From Raillietiella orientalis (Eukaryota): a stretch of DNA of 64,000 bases. The stretch lies in NCBI GenBank assembly GCA_036172245.1, contig JAYWIR010000043.1, forward strand, positions 1,612,001-1,676,000, given 5' to 3'. The notes under the pieces were generated by a model. The model ran no database searches. It saw only the letters and a list, made by a program, of their open reading frames with translations, and was not told the DNA's origin. Position 1 is the stretch's first letter; the number at the start of each line of letters is the position of its first letter. Below, piece after piece: positions 12,880 through 26,302 of the stretch. The position numbers and the translations under genes are program-made.

Positions 12880-15700
12880 CACTTAAACGGCAAGTTATGA
12901 TTTCTTAGGGACGACAGAATACCCAAAATCTGACAAATTATGGTCGGGTTATGCCGTCGTCCCGAAGAAATCAATCACCCATCCCAACGGGAATAGTTGT
13001 CGAAAAATCTCACTTCATCGTGAGCTTAGGTCTCACTGCAATTCAGATGCACAAGTATTCCAAAGGTTTTGTGGGACAAGCCATGATCCCTAAGACTCCG
13101 TTTCCTAAGCAACTCGGCGGCTTTGCTTGTCTTTTATGCGCATCTCTTGAAACCTTGCTCGAGGAGCAAATGAGCTCGGTTCTTGCGAGTGATCAGTCTC
13201 CGGACCAAGTTGTGGGTTAGGTACATGCTGAAAGAACCTGAATGCCGTACGTAGATCTTCTATAATTGATCCTCGAACGTTTGCTCGGACACAGCTATTC
13301 CAAGGAGCAAAATTATCGTCTTGGAAACCGTGGCACGATTCGCGAATCGCTGGAAATCATTCCGAGCTATTCAGATTCAGAGGTTGGGGAAACTCCCATG
13401 AAACATAAAATAAGGATGCAATTAGTGCATAATGCTTCATTATTAAGTCGATCGTTTTCCTAAGAAAAACTTGCGGCATCGTGATCGCCTTTCAATTAGG
13501 AAAGTTTACGCAGCCATCGATTAAGGAGGATTCGCATATCGACCGCTCGATCGCATTGCATATTTGGCACTTTCTTTTCGTTGAGGACGCCCACCCTTTG
13601 TGATGGAAGAGTTTCTCGTTCTGGCAACTGTCTGGCGGAACCGGAAATCCTACCCGTTCAGTCCCACCCGCCCCTGTCATCCGTGGCGTGAAACGCGTGA
13701 AACAGGGAATTCCCTGGAAGTATGCAGTGCTCCCCCCCGTGTTGGCTTTGCAGCCTCGGAAGGCTCATTGCACCAACTTTTCAACGATCTGCATTGGACG
13801 AACGCACTGCCGTCACTCATCAGCTGCTCAAAGAATTCACGATGCATCTTTCAAAGTATGGATTTATACTTAAAACCGAGGAAGGTGTGCGTGAATCATC
13901 TGTGCGCTCAGAATAGGAGGAAATGCAACCACTGAGGGCAAACCGTGTCACACCTGAAGTGAGAAGGGCATGTTTTCCAGCTCGGCATTCGACACGGCTC
14001 TGAGAGACATCAGTTATTACAGCATCCAAGGACCACTGATGCTCACAACTATTGATTTCATGACGGTTTCAAAAGACTGGATGCAGCGGAGCCCAGAGTG
14101 TAGCATCTTCCCGATGTAACTGAATCTCCCGACGTTGACTTTCACTGGAATTTCCCTTTGAACTCGCTGCCTTGAGCTTGTGTGAGATTGCGGTGCCGGC
14201 CTTCAGTCTCTTTCCAGCCTTTGATTACGCTTGAGCCCTCTCCATTCCAGAGACACAGTCGCCTTGCCTTCTGGGTACGGAGAAACCTTCGAAGAACTCC
14301 TGGAAGTTGCCCATTCCAAAGATTCCTCCTATGAATCAAACATCTCATTTTGCAGTCGGGAAATGGAGTCACTGTTAAATCTGCAAGCTGACGATGGAAT
14401 TGCTGCTCCGTCGTTATTCACTGTCAAATATGTAACAGCCAAGCTGGAATCGTCCACTCGGGTGATAGGACGAAATGGATACTGGACAGAAGAGAGGTCA
14501 CAGATTCATCAGCAGTAGAAAAGTTGTAGGATGCGTTCTGGTTGCACTTTATCCGCATCAACTGTTTCGTTTTCCTCGATGGCGATAAAGTGGATCTCAG
14601 TTTAAAAAATAAATTTGCAGGAGGCTCCCAGGTTCCTACCTTCTTGCATTTCCTGCTTAAAATTAGGCTGTCCATCAACTCGCAGCAACTAATGGATGAA
14701 GACGTTCAAAGAATGAAAGGAAATCAGAAAGACGTCATCTGAATCATCGCATCAGCTGCAAAGAGATTTCAGCTTCTCCGTTTGTTTCGGCTACCGTTTC
14801 CTAGTCACTGAGAAATGCGCCCCCAACGAGCCCTGTGCTCCCCTGAACGAAATACCTGGATTTCTATAAAGTGGTTCATTCTGCCGCGATCGGCTGCAAG
14901 TCCACTTCCGCGAAAGCTCGAGGATTCCAGTTCCTCACATCGAAGATACGAAGGCTGCTCGAGGATTCCCATTGCGGAAGAATTTGTTCTGAGGTTCAAA
15001 AGAAAAACGTTTGATAAATGCCCGAAGCTGATGAATTTCTTGGCTTCCCGCAGAATCGGATGTGATGCAGGAAGGCCAGTTGGCTCGAATGCACGAATTG
15101 TAGAAATTCTTTCGGGTTCCCATCATGGCAATCCTGAGTTGTCGGCTCCTGACCCATCGGTTCACTGAATACGCTTGTTATGCCACGGAAGCCTATCCCA
15201 TTCACAGATGACCATGGGAACAGTGTGATGAGATGACCACGATCGACTGGTGTTGTCTCGCTTTGTCAGTTTGCCGGTCTGGCCTCAGCAGCGGACCAGG
15301 TCAGCAAACTGACGGATTGGTAGGTCTGCTAAACGTCGTCGAGCCAAAGAAAGATCGCTACATTGGGAGAGTTGACATTTGGAGTAATCACAAGGGGTCC
15401 ATTGCGAATGTCGAATGCAACCACTTCGGAAATCGCTCAAAACAGCTGACGAAGAAAAGCAGAGAGGATTAAAAGGGTAAAACAGGGAGTGGTCAGACTT
15501 CTGACAAGTAACCGAGCTTTAGTGGATTTCGAGTGGATGATGTCGACAAAGACGACCGTGTCATTTCATCCTCCCTCGCTTATTTCACGTGCAAAGTCGC
15601 AGTGGGAATCTTTCAGAGACGACAGTTGAGCACTTCAGAAAACACCATCGGGGATGTTGATCCCTTCCGCAGGCAAAGAACAGGTGGAGCTCAAGAAAAC
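12880..15700 (+). pseudogene. RNase II (RNB)-domain gene remnant, HELZ2/DIS3-like
   Basis: Ordered degenerate motifs: DDRIPKI (12910-12930), FIV...KYSKGFV (~13015-13072), IIDP (~13262-13273), NYRLG (~13310), ASLL...DRLSI (~13433-13497), DAH-x-L/VMEEFLVLA (13586-13626), GIRH..E.H near 13985 (TSPIRRY.D-like). Many stops and frameshifts; the stretch after ~14050 is only tentatively HELZ2-like. Confidence 0.6.
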
Positions 15701-17379
15701 GAACAAACAGTGGAGTAGGAAACAGGAATAGGACTCGGCAGGCAAGATGCAACGTCACCTCATCTCAGTCAGCTGGGCAAGCATGGTCGTGACCCTTCCA
15801 TGTTATATTATGTCGTCCTGAGGGTAATGACATTTTCTTTTAAAACTCCGAAAACAAACGGGAATCCCGGCTGAGTTGTCCGATGGAGCAGGCACTCGGG
15901 AGATTCTTTGAGACGCTCCCACGGACAGAGACTCGCTCACTCTCCTAGTTGCCTTCTCGCTTTTTTTTGTACACTTTGCCTTCTATACGTACAAGTGCAT
16001 GTAGAAAGGATGGAAATCACCCAATGCTCAGAATCATCCGTTGCTTCTTTCTCCTCCTACCTCATGAATCCCCCGCTGGAGCTGCTCTCTGACTTTTCGG
16101 CTCCGGCGGTGCGAGCAGCGGGTTGCCAGGGAACCCATTCTTCTTCGGTAGGTCTCGGCGTTTTCAGCGGAGGAAACCCCTCGAGTGAACTGGAAAGATT
16201 TTCGTGTCTCTCTCTCCCTGAACATCCAATGAGATGCACTTTTTCTTCAGCTTCCATTCGTTGAGCTCCACTTCCGCTCTTGCAGAAGAGCATCCCGCAG
16301 CCTCAGGAGAACGAAAGGCGGGATACGCGGATCTGATCCGATGAAGCTGGAGGGCGAACGCGGGATCTGCGCGGCTTGGAAGCAGAGATGGGAAATCGGA
16401 GTCTCGTTATGAGATAACGATCCAAGGCTCAGGATCCTTGTCCGAAAGGCCCTCGTCGCATCTCGCTTAGGCACCCGTCAACTGTCAGAACGATGCCAAG
16501 GAGGAGTCCGTTAATTGCAGAACCATGCAGGAAAGGAGGAGGAGCAAAGGTGGAGAGGAAACTCGCGGATGGACTGAAACACAGGACTTGGCTCTCGGTA
16601 CACGGAAGCGCCTCTCGGTGATGGGACGCCCTTCCCTGGGGATGATGCGGTTAAGGTAGAACAACTCGCAGTCGAGGAAAATGATGGAAGAGTTCTTGCG
16701 GAGGCGGTTCAAAGTAGCCTCCCATCCTGACGGCCTGTCCCCTCATCCATCCGTGACATTAACTTCTACCTGCCCGAGAACTGAAACAAAGGGAAGGAGC
16801 AGAAGAAAGGAACCCTTTTCTGGCGCCCTCATTGACTCTGCATGCCAAATCCTCATTGATCTGCAAAACAGGAAGGAAGACCGACTTGGTCGGAAAGCAT
16901 GCAGTAATCCCAGGGCATCCCCATTACTTATTCATCCCATAATTTTATTCCGCAAGAGCGCTGGGACAAAGCAGCGAACTTTCCGGAATCACTCGCTTGC
17001 GATGGGCGTTTCCTGCATGAAACCCGTGCTGAAGAAGGAATACTCCGCCTGTTCTTATCTCTTTGTCGGTGGGATTTCTTTGCTGGCGGTTCTTGCATGT
17101 TCCTTGTCGGCGGAAGCCATACGGGCGAGGCGGCAGAAGGAAGGCGAGTTTCATCCCAGCTCGAGGAAGGAAAACTTACATCGGTTACTTCGTGCTCTTC
17201 TTCCGTCATCGGAAACAGCAATGAAAACTCTTCCTCTCGATCGACACCAGAGAAAACCTGTCTTCCGAGTGCGACAGCCAGTGCAGATCAGGAGAATGAA
17301 CGTCAGTGGAAGATGGAGCAGTCGCTGTTCCAAATGGAAGACTCCCAGTAAGTTTGGGAAGGCATGGTCCCGAGTAAGC

Positions 17380-18170
17380 GGGTCCCTTTAGTTTTTCAGT
17401 GGTCAGCTGATAAAGCCGACCACCGAATAACTAAAGGAGCACACTGGTCACACTGTGGCGATGGCACGGAGTCGTTCCATCCCTTGAGTGCGCCCTCGCT
17501 GTGAAAATCAGCTGTGAGCAAAAAATCCTGCTCGAATCGGGTGGCAAACATGACCGACTGCGAGAAGCTCTGAGACATTCGCGCCCTAGTTGTCTCCATT
17601 CCTACCTCACTCCCTCCTGCACATGGTGAAAGAGAATGCATAAGCAGATTAGAAAAGCGCCCGTGACACACACAAGAAAAACTTTTACTGGTCAAGAATT
17701 TACTGCTTCCAGTTTACCTTACCACTCATCCTTCTTTTTGTTTTTTCACCCGTTCGCCCTCGGATCCCGGATAGAATTCCATGTACCATCCTGCTAATCA
17801 AGGAATCTTTTGAGGTTGCCTCGGTTGTCATCATCGGAATTTCACCGATTCCACCGCAAGGCGCTCCTCATTTCTCTGCTCCCTCCCACTGTCTTGTAGA
17901 AGAAACTGCCCAGGAGCCGATCTGCGAGTCGGCAGCATCCCTTTTTGGAAACTTTGTATCCCCATGAAATCCAGCATTGCACCTTGTCTTCCTCTTCGTG
18001 TCTTGCTTGTCATATCCATAAGAGAGCTTCCCAGGAGCCAGCTGCTTATATTGAGTTACCACGAACTGGCTAAATAGGAGTTTTGGAACTAAGAGAAGAC
18101 CGATAGGTTCGAGGGGACCGGAACAGGCGTGATACTGGAGCAGCAGTCCAGAGTCCACTTTCTAGGTTAC
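17380..18170 (-). mobile_element. Possible LINE ORF2 C-terminal remnant
   Basis: ORF 17396-17695 contains VPSPQCDQC (zf-RVT-like C-x2-C); LLVPKLLF upstream. Confidence 0.3.
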
Positions 18171-18379
18171 AGCTCTGAACGGGGATCCTCCTCCTCTCTC
18201 TGTTGTTTCCAGAGGAGAAGATCATCAGCGAAACAGATTCTTTCCTTCAGGCACTGAAGGTTTCTGTATTCCGTACCAGCGCTTCTTTGCGATGAATTAT
18301 GAAGCTTGCGCCCTGAAGTTGCTCGTGTGGGGTAAGCTGGGCACTGCTGAAGAGGTGTGTCTCCAGTATCAAGGCCATC

Positions 18380-18490
18380 TCAGGATAAGCGTAGCTCTCC
18401 TGCTGTTTGCTCCTGTACCAAAAGGAAGAAGGATGAGAGGGGAAAGACATCCAGGTTCTTCTTGCAGTGTCCAAATACCACGAGGCTGCA
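18380..18490 (+). mobile_element. L1 ORF2 linker remnant
   Basis: RGKTSRFFLQ resembles the GE-x-x-(S/T)-x-FF motif between endonuclease and RT. Confidence 0.3.
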
Positions 18491-19199
18491 AAAATCTGGA
18501 GGCGCAGTGAGGACTGAGGCGTTTGGACGGAAGGCAAAGTCGCGACTGCCAGCGGAGGCGCACGCCGCTCCCAGGGGTCGCACACTGAGACTTCTTTCAC
18601 GAGATGGACAGAGAAGAAAGGGAAGAGGGAACCGAGGGAACGACAGAGGGATGGAGAGGTGAGAAGCGCAAGGGGTAGCGAGGCACCCCGAGTCTTTCGA
18701 ATTTCGACGCACGCGCAGATTCTGAAGGAGAGCAGCAGACGAAGGAAAGTTCCACCGGGAACCAACAGACCGCCCCTATGACAGTCACTCAGGTTCGTCC
18801 TATTGGAAGGCGATCTCCAGGAATGATCAGAGGAACGAGAGGAGCCACGAGGAATCAATCAATGACCCAGGAAGGAGAGGAGAAAGAAAATGGGACCCTT
18901 GATCTTTTACAATTCTAATTGAGTAGGGACATAGGCTAAGAAGCAATCATGAGATTCCTTCTATAAAAGGAAAAGGATGAGGGATCTCGGGATCGATTTC
19001 TAATTCCGAGTTATTTCAAAAGTGGATCTTCGCAATGGGAACGAAATTTGCAGTCACTTTGTTCTTGCATTTCCGGGATTTCTGTTTCTTGACCGGAGCG
19101 GCAAGGAGGAGCTCTAAACGCGGACGCTGAGGGAGGGCAGACACCGCGGAATCCCTGGCTGCAAATCCGAAAACGACCGAACGAGCGAAATCCGGGGAC

Positions 19200-19750
19200 T
19201 CTTCCTCTTCCTCAGGATGTGCGAGACAGGAGGCACAGCGGAAGGAGCTTCAGTATCGGAACCACACTCCTTCTCAAGGGTAAAGCATTGAGCCCGGGGC
19301 AGCAGCTCCGTGCAGTCCGCACTTTCCCACTGGTCTCTGGGAAAGGCTCAACGCTCGGCAAGACGAGAATTGACCTCAACGTGGGGACGACTGCAGAGGA
19401 AGTGGGAAGGGCAAGAGCAACCGTCTCCTGCAAAATGAAGGGCAGAGCCGAGAAATGAGCGGATGCGGTGCTCGCGATCCGCAGCCCGGACAGGTCGCTG
19501 GGAGCTGACCGCGAATCAGCCGCTGATGGCCTGTGGGGAAACGGAGCTACCGGGTTCCGCTCGAGAGCAAACGTCACGGCTCCACGATGGGGACTTCCGT
19601 TCATCGCAAGCACCAGTGATTTTCCGCGAACTTTGGAAGTCCCCAGCTGCTGTCTTCTGCCACCGGAGAGCAGCGCCTCAGCCACCGTTCTCCTGGGCCG
19701 CTTCTCCGATGCTTGGTTGCCTGAGGATGTTTTTCCGAGAGGAGCATTTT
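19200..19750 (+). mobile_element. L1/Tx1 zinc-finger-region remnant
   Basis: RWGLP (~19585-19600) followed by P..C/FC, matching the family WGLPC...P.C..C signature. Confidence 0.4.
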
Positions 19751-20179
19751 CTGGCGAAAAGAGGACTCACTCCACTAAACCTGATCGGATGAAGCATTCT
19801 CCCCAGCCAGACATCACATCTGTTTTCGATCTCCTCAAACCATAAAGAATTATCCAAGAACGCTCAGTGAAAATCATCAATTGTTTAAGGAAAATTTGTA
19901 AATGATCCGCTGGAGCATTCTCTTGCTGACCATGCGACCACAGGCTCGGCGTTCCTGAGAAGGAGGAGTCAGATACCATGGAACTTGCGGCAAAGAACTG
20001 AATCGAAGCCGAGAAACCACTTCTCCATATGGGATCCGAATTCATGAACGCCCATGGGACTTCGGAAGATATCTTCATCAAAATATTTAGAAGGAAACTG
20101 GACCACAGAATAGGATATGGGCCAAAAATCGATTCACCGCAGCTCGGGAAAACAGACGAGAAGTCGGATCTTCTAATTG

Positions 20180-21000
20180 CCAAATCGCATTAGCATCCCA
20201 AGTCATGCACGCATGCTGGAAATGACATTTACGGGGAAGGATTGAAACTGCAACGAGCAATACAGGAAATCAGAAGATTCCCAAGCAAAAGTCAAAAGTT
20301 TCTTCCAGGACCTGGATAGCTACAGTGGGGCGATTCCTCCTGGAGTGCATAGAAGGCAGAGGCGTAGTGAAGAACCGGCCATGAAGAAATAGGAACAGAA
20401 AAACGCGCTGCTGCTTAGATAATCTCTTTACCCACTTACCGCCACATTCATCACAGTATTCCAGGATCACCATCCGTGCTCCATCGAGGGAGAAATGTAA
20501 GGAATGTAAGCCGTGAACATCGAATTTCTGCAATCATGATAAGTATAGAATGTCAGGCAGACACTTCAGGAAAGCAAAATTCAGAGACACCAGGTCTACC
20601 GACAGAGACTACGTCAGACAGCAGCGCTCTTGCATCCGGAAGCCTCCGGAAGAGAAATGTTTACCATGCAAAAGACAGGTGTAGAAGAGCTATTATGAGT
20701 CTATTCAAAAATTGAAAGCAGGGAGAAGTTGACTCACAGCTCATGTGAAACCCAAACTATCCTCCCCGCCTCTCTCATCCTCTGTACAAAGTTCTCAGAG
20801 GGATGCTTCTCACAGTCGATGGACCAAGCGAAGTTTTCAGTACGTATTGCGGAGATGCTAGATGTGGACCACGGTGTTGGAAGTCGCGTCAAGTATGATG
20901 ACTCTTCCCTCGTCCTGGAGCACAAGGTAGGGTCAGCGCGTCGAATTCATCCCAGATAAATAATGGCTGTCTGGAGACCATCAGCTGTGCCGATGTCTCC
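20180..21000 (-). mobile_element. Deleted L1/Tx1 ORF2 remnant (APE + RT)
   Basis: QDEGRVIILD (APE); then in ORF 20270-20533 LSKQQRVF..GRF (ISPEQ..PGR like) and VAIQVLEETFD (AIDLRKAFD like); then FPVNVISSMR (cf. FPASLVAYLR of the 4.6 kb copy). Confidence 0.55.
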
Positions 21001-21129
21001 GCGTAGCCTCTTGAACCGAGAGACCAAGTCGCCTCTCCCGCAGGTAACGAGCAGTTGGTGCGATGAGCTGCAGGGACTCCTCCCACGCATCCGATCCACA
21101 CCACCCCCCGCCAGATATGCTCGCACGGG

Positions 21130-21780
21130 CTCTAGGCTGAGCTGAGCCACGTGGATGAGCGGATCAACATCCTTCACGGAACGGGAAGCATCCGGGTGAA
21201 CGATGTGGTCCAACGCAGGACGTGGCCTCCCTTTTTCGGAATGCTTCGATACGACGTGCGATGAGGCTCTGGTCGATCTGTGTGGATGCAGCCGAAATTG
21301 GGATGGGCAGGTGCTGCCGTGACGAAATGTGCCAAAAGGCGCGAATTGCCGCACATCCCGCAGGCACTCCGTGCGCCTCCGAGGCTTCGCCTCAGGAAAG
21401 ATCGAACCTTCCGTTTCAAGACATGCTTCTACATCCAGCAAGGGACCACTCTCCAGGTGTGACATGTCATCTTTCTTCCTTTTCCTATTCGCAGGTGACA
21501 GTTTCCGAACGAGTCATCCAGATGCCTCCGCAGCTTTCTGAAGAGGACTCCTGGTTATCCTCACGAGGGGTCCCCGTTCTAACGCGCAATTCCTTTCGCT
21601 GAAGAACTCCGGGGACGTCTAAATGAGTGATCAGGCTGGACTGCGCTGCGTGGATGAACGGACAAGCCTCAAACATCCTCCTCGGAACAAAAATCATCCC
21701 GATGGAAGATGTGGTCCAAAGCAGGACGTGGCTGGCTGGCTGGAGGTTACCAGTTTCCAATTTGTCTTCTCTTAGATCTC
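21130..21780 (-). mobile_element. Two tandem diverged LINE 3'-end remnants
   Basis: Direct repeat gatgtggtccaa(c/a)gcaggacgtggc at ~21202 and ~21708; CGMCG..LAHF zf-like in ORF 21174-21419. Confidence 0.35.
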
Positions 21781-22989
21781 TTGGCTGGGCTACTAGGTCT
21801 CTGTTTCTGAAGTTTGAAGCTGCTGATGAGGTGACTGAAGATGTGACAGACTCCTGAAGATTCGATCCATGAGAATTTTCATGACCGATGCTTGCACAGA
21901 CTGTATGCTGAACTGCACCACCTGGATAAATTGATGATCGACAAAACTCAAACCCTCTTCACCGGACAGAGTGTCCCGATGGACGATGCTATCCAAGGGA
22001 GGAAGTGGTCACTCTTATTCTTCCAAAGAGGGCCATGCCGCCTTGCCCTGGAATGTGTTTAGGCTAGAGGCAATGTTCTCCTCACATTCTGGTCCAAAGC
22101 GCATTTTCCTGGAATGATTCCTGATTCATCTTGTTGAAATGTTCCCTCCCTCTTCAGCCAACCGGAAACTTACCTTCCCGTTCGGACGCCCGTGATGCTA
22201 CTGCTGAGTTCATGAATCTTTCTCTTCATTGCTCTGGGCATAAATTTCTTAGATTTTTCCTTTCGTCGGTGTCGCCGGGCTGCACTGTCGAATGAAGGAA
22301 AAGGGAATTGTTCACTAATCTTCTCAGCTTTTCAAAGCTCCAAAAGTCCTCCCGTAAATTTTCCTACTAAGTGAAAAGTGCTCCGAATCGTGGATGATTC
22401 TCCAGACTTCCAACGAGCTCTCCCACGCCCTACCCGTGCACTTCAGCTTCGAATAGGATCTAGGATTCATCGCTCAGAAAACCATCGCAGTTCCTATAAT
22501 CGCTAAAATTCTCTTCCCCCATTCCTCCTCCTTTTCTCCTTTCCCTAGGAATTCTTCCTTCCTCGAAAAGACTTCCTGAGGAGCGCTCTTTCGACATCCA
22601 TCGCAAGAGCATCTCTTCGACGCTCCAGACGATTCCGTGCATTTGCACTTGGGAGCGTGTCCCAGAGTCCGTTCCCGATTCTCACATTGGTGAATCCCGG
22701 CACGGATCCCGTCCCCGGAATCATTCCGGATCCTGGATGTGAGTGCCAGGGATAATTACAGGAAGCACCCATCATGCTCTCCAGTGCTTCCTCGTGCAGG
22801 CTGGGAACCAACCGAACGAGAGCAGCTTCTCCTATTCACGCTCAGACTCCTCTCAGCATTTCGTATTGGGTGGAGCATCTGAAGCGAGCAACGGCAGAAG
22901 AAGGAAGCTTCGAGTCCTCAAGGAACAGTCTTCTTTCTAGCATACGTTGGAAACAGTTGAGCTCGGAAGACGAAAGATGATTCTTCGTG

Positions 22990-23320
22990 AATGGAAATCA
23001 AACAGCGCAGATTACGATGATGATAAAAATACATGTGTGATAATTTGAAAATTAGAGTACATGATGTCAATTATGTGCGTGCATGATTTATGCCTATGCA
23101 AGATGAACATGCATTGGCTTGTGTTTATGCTTGATTTACATATACACACTCTTAAATACATAGACAGTTTATGCGTGGACATATTACATGGACAATTTAT
23201 GTCACACATAATGAGAACCTGTATACAGCGTATTCGGTTCATCTACATAAGCATGTATAAAAATTCACTCACTAACTCGTATGGATGTTCATACTATATT
23301 ATTTATTTAATCATGTAAAT
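22990..23320. repeat. AT-rich degenerate purine-pyrimidine (TA/TG/CA) low-complexity tract
   Basis: Dense tatg/atac/atgt motifs and a clear drop in GC relative to the flanks. Confidence 0.55.
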
Positions 23321-23725
23321 GAAGCAGAGATGTACCATCCCTTTGAACGTACACGAAAAATAAAAAGAGCATGATACCAAGGAATGGATGTGTGGACACG
23401 AATGCAGAGAATCTCTTATCTCTTCATGCATGTGAGATAAAAGTAAAAAAAAAGGATGCAGACTGTCGGCCTTTCCATAGCCATTCAGTGACGGTTCTAA
23501 AACGAGAAGACGTGAATTTGGCCGACTCTGGCACGTTCGCATCATCCGCGTTCTTCCGAATTGCACTTCCGGGTGAGTACCTCTGGGTTGCTGTTCTTCC
23601 CTGCAACGACCAGCAATTTGTGCCCGCCCATCTGTCGACACGGTGAATCCGTCACAGTATATTCGTGGTAAGTATGAGTCATGCCCAGAAAATTTCCGTC
23701 AACTTACGAGGTAAACTACTGCGAG

Positions 23726-23750
23726 TTTTTTTTTTTTTTTTTTTTTTTTT
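23726..23750 (-). repeat. T25 tract (poly(A) on the minus strand, possible retroposed tail)
   Basis: 25 consecutive T, next to a duplicated atccagatgaa (23764-23774, 23780-23790). Confidence 0.85.
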
Positions 23751-23862
23751 ACAAAGTCAATGAATCCAGATGAAAGCGGATCCAGATGAAGGAACCATCT
23801 TCTAGCTGCAGACTCGGCCTGCATGAAACAGGATGAGCGTAATGTACACAGTGGCCCTGGAA

Positions 23863-23905
23863 AAGGCAAGCGCAGGCATCAGATCCTGATGCCTGTGCTT
23901 GCCTT
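23863..23905. repeat. 20 bp inverted repeat (hairpin)
   Basis: aaggcaagcgcaggcatcag - atc - ctgatgcctgtgcttgcctt, one G-T mismatch. Confidence 0.9.
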
Positions 23906-26050
23906 CAGATCCTGATCTCATCTCCAGAACATCCTATTCCACCGGACCCGAAAATGTGGTCGCATTTCCAGGAAGCGTCCTGCATTACAGGGCGATGTTA
24001 TGCAACAGTAGAGGGAAAGATTGGAGAAGAGTTCGTGGTTACGATGCAATAAAAAGCTAAAAATTGTCTGAGCATGAAAGCCAAATCCAAACAGTTCCAG
24101 CAAATTTTCTAATGGGTTCGGCTTATTATTCAAAGAAAGTCCACGCGAGATGCACAGCTTGCTGCTTCTTATTTTACACAGCCTCCACTCTCTGAGGCTG
24201 TAAGAAACTCTTGGTTCTCACTACAGATCCGTAGAGCCGATTTGTATTTCTGATGCCTTCGAATTTTAGTTTTTGACTTCATGCATGCCTGCCGTTCCAG
24301 AATCCATGCGTCCAGCGTGGACCTCAGTAAGAAATGTTAAACGTATTTTCTTCCAGCTGTAATCCTTTAGTGGAAAAGCTGATATCGCCTCTTAAGAACT
24401 TCTGTACTGAATAAGGTAATACCAAGCAAATCACTCGGGGAGATATACAAAGCATTCCATAAAGATGCAAATCCTTTTTTAACTTAGCATGGCAGATTAT
24501 CTGTTATATCTTATCGCCTTTAAAAAATTTTGTACATATGATGGTTCATGATGCAAACAGTCAGCAAAAAATTATGTATGACGGTGCCAACTTATAACTG
24601 AAGCGCAAGCAGTGGAACGTGAAGCCTAAAAAGCGCGTGGAAAACGACAGGAATGTTTTATATTTCTGCATTTGGTAACTTGATGAGACAGATGACCTGA
24701 AGCTGAAGACTTCGTTCGCAAAATTCAAACGACATGATGAAATCTGAAATCCTATTTCCTGACGATAAGACGGCAACTTTGGGTGATTCGGCTAACCAAG
24801 CTTTCCGTCACAGGGGAGTATTAGTAGAAGTAATCCATATTACTAAGATTGCCTAAGCTGTTCCCTCTCTTAGAGACTTCAGGACTGAAATTTTCTGGGC
24901 ACAATTTCCTGAGCATTCCATCTTCGATAGTACAGTTTCAGGACGCTGCACCGTATGTGACGCGGCAATCAGCGCTTAGCATTGAAACGGGGAAAATGGC
25001 GATAGGCAAAAAAGACGAAAGCGCATCACCCAATCTCTCACGATTGAAGAAACAGTTTGGAACGTTCTGGATTTCGTACCACCGACAGAAGCACAGTTGG
25101 TTAAGGAGCGGGTGTTCTGAAACGAGCGGGGAACACCAAGCTGGTTCATGAGCCACCCAGAGACTTCCGCTGCAACACTTCCATTCGACGCAGCATTCTG
25201 ATGAAATCATCCACCCATAGGAAACTGGAGCTGCATCCCGACTAATAAGGAAAATGCGGGCTTCCCAATCCTTCAAGGTACGGATTACAGGACAAGGCGA
25301 AACAGCATACCAATTTGGCGGACCGTCTCCAAGACTTCGATGTACTGTACTGTTTCGTCTGCTGTGCAGCCGTCCCGATTCAACCACGTCTTTCAGCTAT
25401 CGGGTCCAATGCTTCTCGTGGGCGGTGCTTAGGGAGCTAACGAGGTGAATGCGGCAGTGAAGCTTCGACGGCCCCAAGGCGACCTTTGTCGGATGGGTTT
25501 TGTAGAACCGTGCCATGTAGAACCGAGTTTTGTATCTGTGGGGGAGAGCGACCTGAATTAAGGTCAGCGACCGACCGGTCCTTGGTGACTCTCTGAGAAG
25601 TCCTTCGCTGAGAAAAAAAAAAAAAAAAGGGTAGGGAAAACGTGCTGAATGACCTCACAGATACGGCGCATCCTTCAATGATACATCCAAGAAAGCACCT
25701 TTCTTCGGTTCCTCAACACCAAGTTCTTGCACGACCAGCATCGTCCGATAAGGGGCCATCTATTTGCGACCCAGTCGACCCCACAAGGGAATCCGTTCGA
25801 ATTCGAGAGCGCTTTCAAGACGATTTCCTTTGCCGAGACGCATCTGGCGAAGGAATGCGGTACTCTTCTCCCCGATTGATGAGCGTTTGTTCTTTAGAAG
25901 ATTCGAAAAACACTTCACCGCGCTTCCACGGAGCCGCATTCTGTGAAGCAGAGCGCTTTGACCTTTTCGGAACTACTTTGGATTTAGATTGTTCCTGGGA
26001 ATTGAATAAATGTACTGTTCATAAGCTTATAGATATAGATATGGATGCAT

Positions 26051-26302
26051 CAGGGGGCCGGCGCGAGGGCGCGTCAGCACTGGCGCCCCTAGGCAAAGGA
26101 AAATTGGGTGCCCGGTGTGCAAGGGAAGCGCAAAAAAATACTTGCACGATTTTCATAAAAGGTTAGTTTTTCCGTTCTGTATGTTTAATTTATTGTACGT
26201 TTCTCATTAAAAATTGCAACAATTAATCATGATCAATTTTCATCCTGTAATTTGGCACCCCTAGGCGATGTCCATATTCTCCTGATGGTAAAACCGTCCC
26301 TG
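26051..26302. mobile_element. Putative non-autonomous DNA transposon (MITE, hAT-like ends)
   Basis: Starts caggg and ends ccctg (imperfect TIR). Internal repeat tggc(g/a)cccctaggc at 26081-26094 and 26253-26266. AT-rich core. Interrupts a TAGA/TAGATA-like tract. No perfect TSD seen. Confidence 0.5.

Noticed and set aside
16485..16712. SSIIFLDC, resembling a Penelope RT FLD motif
   Set aside because: Isolated motif; the neighbouring plus strand carries an L1-like RGICAAW, so the assignment is ambiguous.
21130..21780. 25 bp direct repeat as a CRISPR or regulatory array
   Set aside because: Only two copies ~500 bp apart, within longer diverged LINE homology, in a eukaryotic context with no cas genes.
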